Shown here: piece after piece, positions 1 to 9,134 of the stretch | Numbering within the stretch: position 1 is the stretch's first letter | How the letters are laid out: every line of letters begins with the position of its first letter | Position numbers and translations under genes: made by a program | The notes under the pieces: model-generated | What the model was told of the DNA's origin: nothing | What the model saw: only the letters and a program-made list of their open reading frames with translations | The model's database searches: none | NCBI GenBank assembly: GCA_938040365.1 | Contig: CALHXU010000056.1 | Location: 3,456 to 67,455 of the forward strand | Source of the DNA: an uncultured Acidimicrobiales bacterium | GTDB taxonomy: Bacteria > Actinomycetota > Acidimicrobiia > Acidimicrobiales > SHLQ01 | Reading direction: 5' to 3' | Length of the DNA: 64,000 bases

Positions 1-273
1 CGACACGTAGATGCCGTGTTCTGATGCTGCAGCTTTGTCGATGTTGTCGGTTCCGGCACCGGCCCGCACGATGAGCCCGAGGCGGTTCGATGCCGTTATT
101 GCGTCGCTGGTGACCTTGGTCGACCGTACGACCAGGACGTCGGCTGGGTGGTCGGCTAGAGCTGCAGGGAGCGTGTCGGCAGACAGTTCGGCATCGACAG
201 AGACCTCATGGCCAAGTTGTCGGAGCGGCTCGAGGAGGTCGTTTGGAAGCGCGTCGGCACAGAGGATTCGCAT
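1..273 (-). CDS. D-isomer-specific 2-hydroxyacid / phosphoglycerate dehydrogenase, N-terminal fragment (gene runs off the window)
   Basis: Not in the ORF track because there is no stop in the window. The reverse complement of 273..1 reads MRILCADALPNDLLEPLRQLGHEVSVDAELS...VLVVRSTKVTSDAI...LIVRAGAGTDNIDKAAASEHGIYVS. This is a typical SerA-like N-terminus. ATG at 273-271. Confidence 0.7.
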   Translation of the reverse strand, partial: MRILCADALPNDLLEPLRQLGHEVSVDAELSADTLPAALADHPADVLVVRSTKVTSDAITASNRLGLIVRAGAGTDNIDKAAASEHGIYVS

Positions 274-299
274 GCCCGGATTGTAGGTCCCTGAACAAC

Positions 300-368
300 C
301 GTTCAGCGAAACAGAGAACGGACGTTCAGGGAAACAGAGCACGACCGTTCGGGGTGGCAGAAGCGATT
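300..368. repeat. 23-bp tandem repeat x3, preceded by palindrome CTGAACaaccGTTCAG (291-306)
   Basis: cgttcag recurs at 300 and 323, and as cgttcgg at 346. It lies in the divergent spacer between the serA-like start (273) and the ADH start (417). Confidence 0.8.
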
Positions 369-416
369 CGGGTGCCGGGATCTGCGTTCTTGTGATCCAT
401 TTGCCAGAATGACCTC

Positions 417-1586
417 GTGAAAGCTCTCGTCTTTGAACGCCAAGAAGCTCGATATGCCGCTGCGTCGGTCGCATCCCAAGTTCGGCCCGGTGCCGGTGCT
501 GGAGTCGGACCGCTCAAGCTGTCCGATATTTCGAAGCCCGACCTGCCCGAAGGCAAGTGGGTACGGGTGTCTCCGATCCTGACCGGAATCTGTGGGTCAG
601 ACCTTTCGACGATCGACGGCCATTCGTCGGGGTACTTCGACGATCTCGTCAGCTTCCCGTTCGTGCCCGGACACGAAGTTGTCGGCATGACCGAAGACGG
701 AAAGCGCGTCATCCTCGAGCCCGTCCTCGGACCCGAAGCCCGAAATGAATCGCCAGCGTTCAAAGGTGCAGCACCCGGCGACGGCCTCGATTACGGGTAC
801 CTGCTCTCGGGCGAGATCGGCAGCGGCATCCAGACCGGCTTCTGCAGCGACACCGGAGGCGGGTGGGGCGAGCAGCTCGTTGCCCACAAGAGCCAAATCC
901 ATTCGGCGCCAAAGTCGCTCACCGACGAAGACGCTGTCATGGTCGAGCCCGCTGCGGGCGGCGTCCACGCCGCGGCCAAGGCACAGATCGACGGAGGGGT
1001 CGTCGTCGTCCAAGGAGCCGGAACGATGGGCCTCGCAACGATCGCTGCGCTTCGCCAATATACGAACGCCGACACCATCATTGCCTCGGCGAAATACCCG
1101 ATTCAAAAGCAGTTCGCCGCCGATCTCGGCGCCGACGTTGTCGTTGCACCGTCTGAGCTGGCCCGCTCGGTGCGTCGGGTGACCGGTTGCAAGATGTTGG
1201 GAGACAACCTGTCGGGCGGGGCAGACGTCACGATCGACGCGATCGGAAACGCTGCCTCAATCGAAAGCTCGATTGGATTGACCCGCCCACGCGGTCGGGT
1301 CGTGATGGTCGGTATGCCCGGCAAGGTCAACGTCGACCTCACTGCGCTTTGGCACCGAGAGACCGAAATGGTTGGGGCGTACACGTACGGAACTGACGAA
1401 TGGCCCGACGGCACGTCGATCTCGAGCTTCAAACGGGCAAAGGAGCTCGTGCGCAAGGCGAAGCTCGGACGGCTCGTGTCGGCGAAGTATCCGCTCGATC
1501 GTTACAAGGACGCCATCAGCCACGCCGCCCAAGCCGGCCAGCGAGGCAGTATCAAGGTCGTTTTTGAGCAGAACCCCCAGTTCTAG
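417..1586 (+). CDS. zinc-dependent alcohol dehydrogenase family (MDR) oxidoreductase
   Basis: 389-aa ORF with a GTG start. GICGSDLS and PGHEVVG catalytic-zinc motifs, GAGTMGL Rossmann motif. Confidence 0.85.
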   Translation: MKALVFERQEARYAAASVASQVRPGAGAGVGPLKLSDISKPDLPEGKWVRVSPILTGICGSDLSTIDGHSSGYFDDLVSFPFVPGHEVVGMTEDGKRVILEPVLGPEARNESPAFKGAAPGDGLDYGYLLSGEIGSGIQTGFCSDTGGGWGEQLVAHKSQIHSAPKSLTDEDAVMVEPAAGGVHAAAKAQIDGGVVVVQGAGTMGLATIAALRQYTNADTIIASAKYPIQKQFAADLGADVVVAPSELARSVRRVTGCKMLGDNLSGGADVTIDAIGNAASIESSIGLTRPRGRVVMVGMPGKVNVDLTALWHRETEMVGAYTYGTDEWPDGTSISSFKRAKELVRKAKLGRLVSAKYPLDRYKDAISHAAQAGQRGSIKVVFEQNPQF

Positions 1587-1610
1587 ACAGATAGGGCCGC
1601 AGAAGCCGCT

Positions 1611-2576
1611 CTAGCCCGGCAGCGCCACTTCGACAGCGGTTGCCTTGTGGTCGCTGCCGGCGTAGTCGAGTACGACGAACGTCTCGACATCTGCTCCAGA
1701 GATCACTGCGTGGTCGATCCCGATCCACGATGGTCCGAGGCCGGGAAACGGCGTCCACGTCACACCGAACCCACAACCAGCGGTCCGGTGCGCATCCACC
1801 GCATCGGAATTGCCCCCGTTGGAGTTGAAGAGTGCACGAAACGAACGGTCGGCCCGGGTTGCGTTGAAGTCACCCATCGCAATCACGGGCATCTCGCCCG
1901 CGTCGACCACGACTTGAGCCAGAAAGTCGAACTGACGCTTCTGCAGCTCGCGCCCTGCGGGCACCTGCGGTGGCGTTGCGTGCACGTTGATAAGCCGAAC
2001 TTCGCCCCGAGGCGCGTCGATTGTTGTGTCGAGCAGGCCGTGGGTGTCTGTTTCGAAGAGCAAGCGCTCGGCGGTGTTGATCGGCCAGCGACTCGCAACC
2101 GTCTGGTTGCCAACTGTGACCACATGTGGGTAGTCCACGAGCCGCGGTGAGATTCGATCGACAAAGCCCGTCACCGCTTCTTGGAACACCACGACATCGG
2201 CATCGACAGCTACGACCTGAGCGACGACTTCCTCAGGGTCGGCGGCGCCAAACAACACATTCTGTGAGTACACGACGATCGTGTTCTCGTCGGTTGGGGC
2301 TGCGGTGTTCTCACGCTCGATGACACAACCCGTCCGAGGGACGCCTGCTCCAGGCATTGCAAGGCCCACGACCACGAGGCTGCCGATCGCCGTTGCGAGC
2401 AGTACCCGCGGGCTCAGCGTCGCGCCGAGCACGAGCGCAGAGATGAGCAGAAACCATGGTGCGACCGGCACGAGCCCCAACAGAAATACGTTGTCGAACG
2501 AAACATACCGAAGCGCAGACAGCACAACGCAAAGGACAACCCCGAGTATCGATGTCTTGGTGAGTAACTGCCGCAC
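1611..2576 (-). CDS. endonuclease/exonuclease/phosphatase (EEP) family protein with N-terminal membrane helices
   Basis: 321 aa. Hydrophobic N-terminus, then the EEP pattern YSQNVLF...VVVFQE...GDFNAT...IDHAV. Directly abuts the NUDIX stop. Confidence 0.75.
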   Translation of the reverse strand: MRQLLTKTSILGVVLCVVLSALRYVSFDNVFLLGLVPVAPWFLLISALVLGATLSPRVLLATAIGSLVVVGLAMPGAGVPRTGCVIERENTAAPTDENTIVVYSQNVLFGAADPEEVVAQVVAVDADVVVFQEAVTGFVDRISPRLVDYPHVVTVGNQTVASRWPINTAERLLFETDTHGLLDTTIDAPRGEVRLINVHATPPQVPAGRELQKRQFDFLAQVVVDAGEMPVIAMGDFNATRADRSFRALFNSNGGNSDAVDAHRTAGCGFGVTWTPFPGLGPSWIGIDHAVISGADVETFVVLDYAGSDHKATAVEVALPG

Positions 2577-3056
2577 CTATGAAATATCGACCGGTTGGTC
2601 GGGAAGTTCACCGGCAGCTACTGGCTCTAAGAATTCGCGCAACCGGGGCGGGAGCACGGGCTCGTCACTCGCGAGCAGCTCGTCGATGTCCCACCACTTT
2701 GCTCCCCTGAATGCAAGCGCTTCGAAGTACTCGAGGCCCTTCGGGTTGTACTCGCCACCGTCGCACCATGCGACATAGATCCATTCCTCGGAGTCGAAGT
2801 AGTACCCGGCAAAGGTGAACTCGCACTCTTGAGTCCAGATGCACGGCCCGAGCTCGAAGTCGGTGATCCCGGTTTCTTCGACGATCTCTCGACGAGCGGC
2901 TTCTTCGCTGGTCTCCCCTTCGTCGATTCCACCCCCGGGAATTTCCCACCACGGCGGCTTCGACGGGTCTCCAGGATCTGCCGCGTTGATCATGAAGATT
3001 CGGTTCTCCCGATCGAGGAGCACCACTCTTGCTGCTGGTCGTTTACGTCGCACCAC
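2577..3056 (-). CDS. NUDIX hydrolase
   Basis: 159 aa. Nudix box GGGIDEGETSEEAARREIVEETG. Confidence 0.9.
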   Translation of the reverse strand: MVRRKRPAARVVLLDRENRIFMINAADPGDPSKPPWWEIPGGGIDEGETSEEAARREIVEETGITDFELGPCIWTQECEFTFAGYYFDSEEWIYVAWCDGGEYNPKGLEYFEALAFRGAKWWDIDELLASDEPVLPPRLREFLEPVAAGELPDQPVDIS

Positions 3057-3087
3057 CTGAAGTTAACGACCGCATAGACTCCACGGC

Positions 3088-5928
3088 GTGACTCAGCCCA
3101 CTGAAATGCCCCAACACCGCTACGACGCCGCGCTCGCCGACGAGATCGAGACTCGCTGGCAAGAGACGTGGAAGGCACAGGGCACCTACCACACGCCGAA
3201 CCCTTCGGGTTCACTGACCGAAGGCCCAAGCGACGGACCAGCCGACCTCTCCGACCGTCCAAAGCTGTTCATCATGGACATGTTCCCGTACCCATCAGGG
3301 ACCGGGCTCCACGTAGGTCACCCCCTCGGCTTTATCAGCACCGACGTGTACGCCCGCTTCAAGCGGATGACCGGCTTCAACGTGCTCCACACCATGGGCT
3401 ATGACGCGTTTGGTCTCCCGGCAGAAGAACACGCCCGCCAAACCGGAGTGCACCCACGAGAGAACACCGAAGCCAACATTGCAAACATGGCCCGCCAACT
3501 CCACCGGTTGGGGTTGGGCCACGACGACCGCCGCTCGATCGCCACGACCGACGAGGCCTACTACCGCTGGACACAGTGGATCTTCAGCCAGATCTTCAAC
3601 GCATGGTTCGATGAAGATCAGCAGAAGGCACGTCCAATCAGCGAACTTGAAACCGAGTTCGCTGACGGCGGCCGCGAGACTGCCGATGGACGCCCGTGGG
3701 CGGACCTGTCGCTCTCGGAGCAACGGGCGACGCTTCACGAGTATCGCCTTGCCTATGTTTCGGAGGCACCCGTGAATTGGTGCCCGGGCCTCGGCACGGT
3801 GCTCGCCAACGAGGAGGTCACCGCCGAAGGCCGAAGCGACCGGGGCAACTTCCCGGTCTTCCGCCGTCCGCTCAAGCAGTGGATGATGCGTATTACCGCC
3901 TACACCGATCGGCTTCTCGCCGACCTCGATCTGCTCGACTGGACCGACAGCATCAAGACAATGCAGCGCAACTGGATCGGCCGATCCGAGGGCGCCCACG
4001 TCGACTTCCGCGTCCCAACAGCAACCGACGCCGACGGCGAGGTCGCGAACATTCGCGTGTTCACCACACGTCCTGACACGCTCTTTGGCGCGACATACAT
4101 GGTCATTGCTCCCGAGCACCCGCTGGTTGAAGCGCTGACTACAGACGCGTGGCCAGAGGGAGCCAAAGATGTCTGGACCGGCGGCGCCGAAACCCCCCAA
4201 GCCGCAGTGAATGCCTATCGAGAACGAACCTCCCAACTCAGCGACCTCAATCGGCAAGAGAACAAAGAAAAGACGGGTGTCTTCACTGGCAGCTACGCGG
4301 TGAACCCGGTCAACGATGCGTCGATCCCGGTCTTTGTCGCCGACTACGTGCTAATGGGCTATGGCACGGGCGCCATTATGGCGGTGCCAGGCCAAGACGA
4401 GCGAGATTGGGAGTTCGCCGAAGCGTTCGACCTCGACATCATCCGCACCGTGCAGCCGCCGAACGATTTCGAAGGTGACGCATACATCGGCGCTGGCGCG
4501 GCGATCAACAGCGGCTTCCTCGATGGGATGGAAGTCGACGAAGCCAAAGCCGCGATGATTAGCCACCTCGTCGAAATCGGCGCCGGCGAAAGCACTATCA
4601 CGACCAAGCTGCGCGACTGGCTCTTTGCCCGTCAGCGTTACTGGGGCGAACCAATCCCGATCGTGTTCGATGACGACGGCAATCCCCTGTCGATTCCCGA
4701 CGATCAGCTGCCGCTCAACCTTCCCGAGCTCATCGACTGGGCGCCACGCACCCTCGATGAGGACTCTGAACCAGAACCACCCTTGGGTCGGGCCACCGAG
4801 TGGACCACCGTCGATCTCGACCTTGGCGATGGCATGAAGACCTACAAGCGCGACCTCAACGTCATGCCGCAGTGGGCGGGCTCGTGCTGGTACTACCTGC
4901 GTTACATCGATCCGCTCAGCAGCGACGTTGTGGCCGACGCAACGTCGGAGAAGTATTGGATGGGCGGCGATAACCCGAGCGAAGGCGGCGTCGACCTCTA
5001 CGTGGGAGGTGTGGAACATGCCGTGCTGCACCTGCTGTACTCCCGCTTCTGGCACAAGGTGCTCTTTGACTTGGGCCATGTCACGACGCCCGAGCCCTTC
5101 AAGCGCCTCATCAACCAGGGCTACATCCAGGGCTACGCCTTCACCGATGACCGCGGCATGTACGTCGAGGCGAGCGAGGTCGTCGAAAGCGACGGCGCAT
5201 TCACTCACGACGGCAAGCCGGTCAATCGTGAGTACGGAAAGATGGGCAAGAGCCTCAAGAACGCCGTCACCCCCGACGACATGTACCGCGACTATGGCGC
5301 CGACACCCTGCGACTGTATGAGATGTTCATGGGTCCGATCGACCAAGATCGTCCGTGGGAAACCAAGTCGGTCGTCGGATCGATGCGACTGCTGCAACGC
5401 ATCTGGCGCAACTTTGTCGATGAAGGCACTGGCGAGCTCACCGTTGCCGATGTTCCAGTTCCTGAAGACGTGAACAAGATCCTGCACCGCACGATTGACG
5501 CGGTCACCAATGACATGGCGAACCTCAGCTTCAACACTGCAATTGCGCGCATTACCGAGCTCAATAATGACCTCACCAAACTCGATGGCCCGACGCCGAC
5601 CGCGGTAGCTGAAGCAATGGTTCCGATGATCGCTCCCCTCGTCCCCCACTTTGCCGAAGAGCTTTGGCAGCGCATGGGAATGGACACGTCGGTCGTCTAC
5701 GCGGAGTTCCCCGTCGCCGACCCCGCGCTGCTCGTCGATGACGAGGTGGAGATTCCAATCCAGATCAAAGGCAAGGTCAAGAGCCGCATCATGATCTCAG
5801 CCGACGCCGACGAAGCCACGATGGAGGCCGCTGCACTCGCCGATCCAAAGATTCAGGAGCTAATCGGCGGCGCCGAGATCCGAAAGGTGATCGTGATCCC
5901 CGGAAAGCTGGTCAATATCGTTGCCTAA
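3088..5928 (+). CDS. leuS: leucine--tRNA ligase
   Basis: 946 aa. HVGH (HIGH-type) motif in [18 protein letters not shown] (KMSKS-type) motif, LeuRS-like length and editing-domain layout. Confidence 0.97.
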   Translation: MTQPTEMPQHRYDAALADEIETRWQETWKAQGTYHTPNPSGSLTEGPSDGPADLSDRPKLFIMDMFPYPSGTGLHVGHPLGFISTDVYARFKRMTGFNVLHTMGYDAFGLPAEEHARQTGVHPRENTEANIANMARQLHRLGLGHDDRRSIATTDEAYYRWTQWIFSQIFNAWFDEDQQKARPISELETEFADGGRETADGRPWADLSLSEQRATLHEYRLAYVSEAPVNWCPGLGTVLANEEVTAEGRSDRGNFPVFRRPLKQWMMRITAYTDRLLADLDLLDWTDSIKTMQRNWIGRSEGAHVDFRVPTATDADGEVANIRVFTTRPDTLFGATYMVIAPEHPLVEALTTDAWPEGAKDVWTGGAETPQAAVNAYRERTSQLSDLNRQENKEKTGVFTGSYAVNPVNDASIPVFVADYVLMGYGTGAIMAVPGQDERDWEFAEAFDLDIIRTVQPPNDFEGDAYIGAGAAINSGFLDGMEVDEAKAAMISHLVEIGAGESTITTKLRDWLFARQRYWGEPIPIVFDDDGNPLSIPDDQLPLNLPELIDWAPRTLDEDSEPEPPLGRATEWTTVDLDLGDGMKTYKRDLNVMPQWAGSCWYYLRYIDPLSSDVVADATSEKYWMGGDNPSEGGVDLYVGGVEHAVLHLLYSRFWHKVLFDLGHVTTPEPFKRLINQGYIQGYAFTDDRGMYVEASEVVESDGAFTHDGKPVNREYGKMGKSLKNAVTPDDMYRDYGADTLRLYEMFMGPIDQDRPWETKSVVGSMRLLQRIWRNFVDEGTGELTVADVPVPEDVNKILHRTIDAVTNDMANLSFNTAIARITELNNDLTKLDGPTPTAVAEAMVPMIAPLVPHFAEELWQRMGMDTSVVYAEFPVADPALLVDDEVEIPIQIKGKVKSRIMISADADEATMEAAALADPKIQELIGGAEIRKVIVIPGKLVNIVA

Positions 5929-5966
5929 CGTGAAATACTGTTGCGCAACGACAGAACAGGGGGTCT

Positions 5967-6665
5967 GTGATGGGTGACATGATCGAATTTCAAGCCAACG
6001 GCCATACCGCACAGGGGTATTTGGCGCTTCCCGACGGAGGCACAGGTCCTGGGGTGATGGTGATCCAAGAATGGTGGGGGCTTGTCCCTCAAATCAAAGC
6101 CACCTGCGACCGTCTTGCCAGGGACGGTTTCGTGGCACTCGCACCAGACCTCTACCACGGTGAGTTAGCCGAACATACCGAGATGGACAAAGCGGGCGAG
6201 CTCATGAACAAGCTCGTTCAAGAGATGGATCATGCAGCGACCGATATGAGCAGTGCAGTAACTGCCCTACTCGATCATGACGCGGTGACCTCCGACAGCG
6301 TTGGCGTCGTCGGCTTCTGTATGGGAGGCATGTTGACCCTCGTGATCGCCGCCAAAGAAGGCGACCGCGTGGGAGCTGCAGCACCGTTCTACGGCGCCCC
6401 TCTCGGTGATGGCGGCCCGGATTGGTCGAACCTGAGCGCGAAGGTAGTCGGCCACTTCGCCGAGAACGACGACTTCTTCCCGCCCGACGCTGTCAAAGCG
6501 CTCGAGACCGATTTACAAGCCGCAGGGAAAGACGTGTCTTTTACCGTCTACGAAGGCAGCGGACACGCCTTCACCAACGAAGAAGACCCACTCGGCAACT
6601 ACGACGATGCACTCGACACCTCAACCTGGGCAGAAACCATCCAGCTCTTCAACGAAGCGCTCTGA
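5967..6665 (+). CDS. dienelactone hydrolase family protein
   Basis: 232 aa. GFCMGG nucleophile elbow and C-terminal GSGHAF. The start could be the ATG at 5970. Confidence 0.85.
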   Translation: MMGDMIEFQANGHTAQGYLALPDGGTGPGVMVIQEWWGLVPQIKATCDRLARDGFVALAPDLYHGELAEHTEMDKAGELMNKLVQEMDHAATDMSSAVTALLDHDAVTSDSVGVVGFCMGGMLTLVIAAKEGDRVGAAAPFYGAPLGDGGPDWSNLSAKVVGHFAENDDFFPPDAVKALETDLQAAGKDVSFTVYEGSGHAFTNEEDPLGNYDDALDTSTWAETIQLFNEAL

Positions 6666-6700
6666 CCGGCAGATTTGGGGTCTGACCCCAAATCTGCCGG
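6666..6700. repeat. perfect 17+1+17 palindrome ccggcagatttggggtc-t-gaccccaaatctgccgg
   Basis: Read directly. It starts one base after the TGA of the upstream gene. The core atttggggtctgaccccaaat recurs at 6770-6796. Confidence 0.9.
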
Positions 6701-6769
6701 TAGATGTGAACAAACACCGTTTTTCGTTCAGCGCCGGCCCGGAAAACCAGCCATCCCCGCTCCTACCCA

Positions 6770-6796
6770 CGGATTTGGGGTCTGACCCCAAATCCG
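6770..6796. repeat. second copy of the palindrome (13+1+13: cggatttggggtc-t-gaccccaaatccg)
   Basis: Read directly. It shares the 21-nt core with 6666-6700. Confidence 0.9.
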
Positions 6797-6924
6797 CCGC
6801 TAACCCTAACTCCGCCTCTGGCGTTCGGCCTGCGTGGCCTGAACGCTCCCCGAAGGGACAGCAGGTGAATTGAGGCTTCAGCGGAGAATCGCGGCGGAGC
6901 CGCCCGCTGAAGGGTCAATGAACG

Positions 6925-7353
6925 TCACGCATCGACGACGACGAACATGATTTCGGCTGAGCATGCGACCTTGCCGTCGAGTAGGACGGCGCCTTTTCCT
7001 TTGCCGGCGCGGGCGGAGAGCTGATGAATCTCGGCTTCGACCTCGACGGTGTCGCCCGGGCCGACCTGTCGGCGGAACTTGGCTTTGTTGAGGCCGCCGA
7101 AGAGCGGCAGCTTTCCCGGGTACCGGTCGGGGTCGGTCAGCACGGTGTAGGCACCCATTTGCGCGATTGCTTCACACATCAACACACCCGGCAGCGTTGG
7201 GCGCCCGGGAAAGTGTCCGGGAAACCAGAACTCGTCGCCGGTTAGGGTCCACGTTGCCTTGGCGTACTCACAGGGCGTTAGTTCGACGATCTCATCGAGG
7301 AACAGGAACGGCGGGCGGTGTGGGAGCACATCGGCTGGGGCGGGAAACGTCAT
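6925..7353 (-). CDS. fabZ: 3-hydroxyacyl-ACP dehydratase
   Basis: 142 aa. LPHRPPFLFLDEIVEL and GHFPGRPTLPGVLMCEAIAQ hot-dog motifs. Confidence 0.88.
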   Translation of the reverse strand: MTFPAPADVLPHRPPFLFLDEIVELTPCEYAKATWTLTGDEFWFPGHFPGRPTLPGVLMCEAIAQMGAYTVLTDPDRYPGKLPLFGGLNKAKFRRQVGPGDTVEVEAEIHQLSARAGKGKGAVLLDGKVACSAEIMFVVVDA

Positions 7354-7410
7354 AGCGTCAGCCTCGCAGGTTCTGCTGCGTCGGGCTTAGTCGGTTTCGC
7401 AGAAATACAC

Positions 7411-7452
7411 GGTGAAAAAGTGAAGGAGCGGCGCCGGTGGCGCCGCTCCTTC
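7411..7452 (-). terminator. rho-independent terminator of the HU gene
   Basis: 14-bp GC-rich stem (7422-7435 pairs with 7439-7452) with a 3-nt loop. On the minus strand it is followed by ACTTTTTCACC. It lies 25 nt downstream of the HU stop. Confidence 0.8.
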
Positions 7453-7476
7453 GCAATCAGTACGTGGCTAGGGGTA

Positions 7477-7755
7477 TTACTTGCCCTTACCTGCAGCCTT
7501 AAGCTTCGACAGTGCCTGGATCTTTACGGCAGTGCCAGCGGGGATCATGCGAGACTCGCCGGTGCGAGGGTTGCGGCCCATACGCTCCTTGGTGTCTTTG
7601 CGCGAGAACTTCACGTAACCAGTGATGTTGACTTCGTCGCCCTTCTTTACCTGTGACACGATGATGTCCATCATTGCGTCGACGGCTGAACCTGCGTCTG
7701 CCTGGGTCAGTCCTGACTTTGAAGCGATCTCTGCGACCAATTCACTCTTGTTCAT
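7477..7755 (-). CDS. hup: HU family nucleoid-associated DNA-binding protein
   Basis: MNKSELVAEIASKSGLTQADA...GRNPRTGE. AGGAGGT sits 7 nt upstream of the ATG at 7755. The longer track ORF (to 7776) is probably an over-extension. Confidence 0.93.
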   Translation of the reverse strand: MNKSELVAEIASKSGLTQADAGSAVDAMMDIIVSQVKKGDEVNITGYVKFSRKDTKERMGRNPRTGESRMIPAGTAVKIQALSKLKAAGKGK

Positions 7756-7976
7756 TTTGGATACCTCCTGAGCCACCTACTTGGCGGGTCCTTGTGAGAA
7801 TTACAAGCAAGTGAGACCTTAGTGGAAGTTTTTGTCACTTACGGGGAACTACGCAACAAATTCGTTGGAAAGTCAACAGTTCTTGTTTCGCTCGATGCAG
7901 CTTCCTTGGCCGTCGTCAAATTACACCGGTAGGTGGCGGCCAGGTTTTGGGGAAACGATCGCTTAACTCCTCTCCC

Positions 7977-8567
7977 ATGAATTCGGCGAGAACGACGACA
8001 GTCGCTACTGTTGTGAGAGTGTCGACTGAACAAATCGCAGGGCCTGTAGGCCAGGACGCTCGTTTCAACGAGTACGTCGTGCCAGAACTCGAAGTTCTCT
8101 ATCGAGTCGCGTACTCCATTACCCGGAACAAGGCCGACGCAGAAGATCTTGTGCAGGACACGCTGTTGCGCGCTTACCGAGCAATTGACCGTTTCGACGG
8201 CCGGTATCCACGAGCGTGGCTCTTGACGATTATGCGCAATGCGCAGGTCAACCGGGTCCGACGCAAGCGCCCCGAGCTCATGCATGACCCCGATGAGACA
8301 ATGTCGCGAGTCGCCGATGAGTCTGCCGATGCAGCAGATGCCGAAGCACAGCTGATGGATCAGACGCTCGCTGCGCCGATCGAATTAGCACTTGCTTCCC
8401 TGCCGACAAAGTTCCGGTCGGTTGTCGAATTGGTCGACATCAACGAACTGTCGTACAAAGAGGCTGCGGAAGTTCTTGGGATCCCGGTCGGAACCGTAAT
8501 GTCACGACTTCATCGGGCCCGACGGAATATTCGACAGCACTTGGAGAGTTCTCCAGTCGAGGAATGA
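7977..8567 (+). CDS. ECF-type sigma-70 family RNA polymerase sigma factor
   Basis: Region 2 (DAEDLVQDTLLRAYRAIDRF, YPRAWLLTIMRN) and a region 4 helix-turn-helix (LSYKEAAEVLGIPVGTVMSRLHRAR). The start is uncertain: TTG at 7947 or ATG at 7977. Confidence 0.88.
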   Translation: MNSARTTTVATVVRVSTEQIAGPVGQDARFNEYVVPELEVLYRVAYSITRNKADAEDLVQDTLLRAYRAIDRFDGRYPRAWLLTIMRNAQVNRVRRKRPELMHDPDETMSRVADESADAADAEAQLMDQTLAAPIELALASLPTKFRSVVELVDINELSYKEAAEVLGIPVGTVMSRLHRARRNIRQHLESSPVEE

Positions 8568-8824
8568 TGATGGCAAAAAAAGTAAACTGCACCGAAGTCG
8601 CACGACGACTACAGACCTACCTTGATGGCGAGCTCGAAGGAGACTGGAAAGAGCGAGTCCAGGCCCATCTCGATGACTGCGTAATGTGTGGTCTCGAACA
8701 AGATGCGTTCTCGGCAATCAAGGCCGATCTCAGCGCGTTGCCAAGTAGTCCACCAGCCGAGAGCGAAGCGCTCCAACGACTTCGAGATTTCAGCGCTCGG
8801 ATCTCACAAGAGGCGAGTTCCTAA
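8564..8824 (+). CDS. zf-HC2 (ZAS) anti-sigma factor, soluble, RsrA/RshA-like
   Basis: 86 aa. ATGA overlap with the sigma stop. C9 plus H35-x3-C39-x2-C42 (HLDDCVMC). No transmembrane segment. Confidence 0.8.
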   Translation: MMMAKKVNCTEVARRLQTYLDGELEGDWKERVQAHLDDCVMCGLEQDAFSAIKADLSALPSSPPAESEALQRLRDFSARISQEASS

Positions 8825-8837
8825 CGATAGGCACTGC

Positions 8838-9029
8838 ATGCCGCAGTTTCTGATCGATCTCGCACTTCCCAAAACCGACACTGCGGTCTTTATCCAGTGG
8901 GCGGTCATGGTGCCATTCTGGCTTCTCGTCTTCTTCGGAACTCGACGACTATCGAAGGACGCCCGAACGTTCTTCTATGGCGTTGCGATGCTCAACCTCG
9001 CCTGGTTCGCGTTTCGAACAGTCCATTAA
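8838..9029 (+). CDS. small two-helix membrane protein, hypothetical
   Basis: 63 aa from an internal ATG of track ORF 8688..9029. Two hydrophobic stretches. It starts 13 nt after the anti-sigma stop. Confidence 0.5.
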   Translation: MPQFLIDLALPKTDTAVFIQWAVMVPFWLLVFFGTRRLSKDARTFFYGVAMLNLAWFAFRTVH

Positions 9030-9123
9030 GGACTGCGCAATACAGCCACTAGGGACTGCGCAATACAGTCCATTAAGGACTGCGCAATACAGTCCACTAG
9101 GGACTGCGCAATACAGCCAGTCG
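9030..9123. repeat. 23/24-bp tandem repeat x4 (ggactgcgcaatacagYccaYtaR)
   Basis: ggactgcgcaatacag occurs at 9030, 9053, 9077 and 9101. The repeat fills the convergent spacer. The last 11 nt plus the TAA of the upstream CDS are part of the repeated unit. Confidence 0.9.
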
Positions 9124-9134
9124 AGGCTGCGAGG

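Noticed and set aside
3295-5649. 320-aa and 432-aa ORFs antisense to leuS. Similar long antisense ORFs lie within trpB/trpE, ftsQ, murC, murG, murD, ftsI and rsmH (for example 10433..11158, 13802..14581, 38146..39003, 40127..41047, 41602..42546, 44224..45147, 48264..49283, 50635..51525).
   Set aside because: In each case the opposite strand encodes a confidently recognised housekeeping protein. These ORFs are GC-driven open frames.
6607-6873. 88-aa + strand ORF across the palindrome-containing spacer
   Set aside because: It starts inside the dienelactone-hydrolase gene in another frame and reads through both palindromes. It has no coding-like features.
9030-9123. Possible CRISPR array
   Set aside because: The units are contiguous with no unique spacers, there are only 4 copies, and no cas genes are nearby. 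It is a simple tandem repeat.
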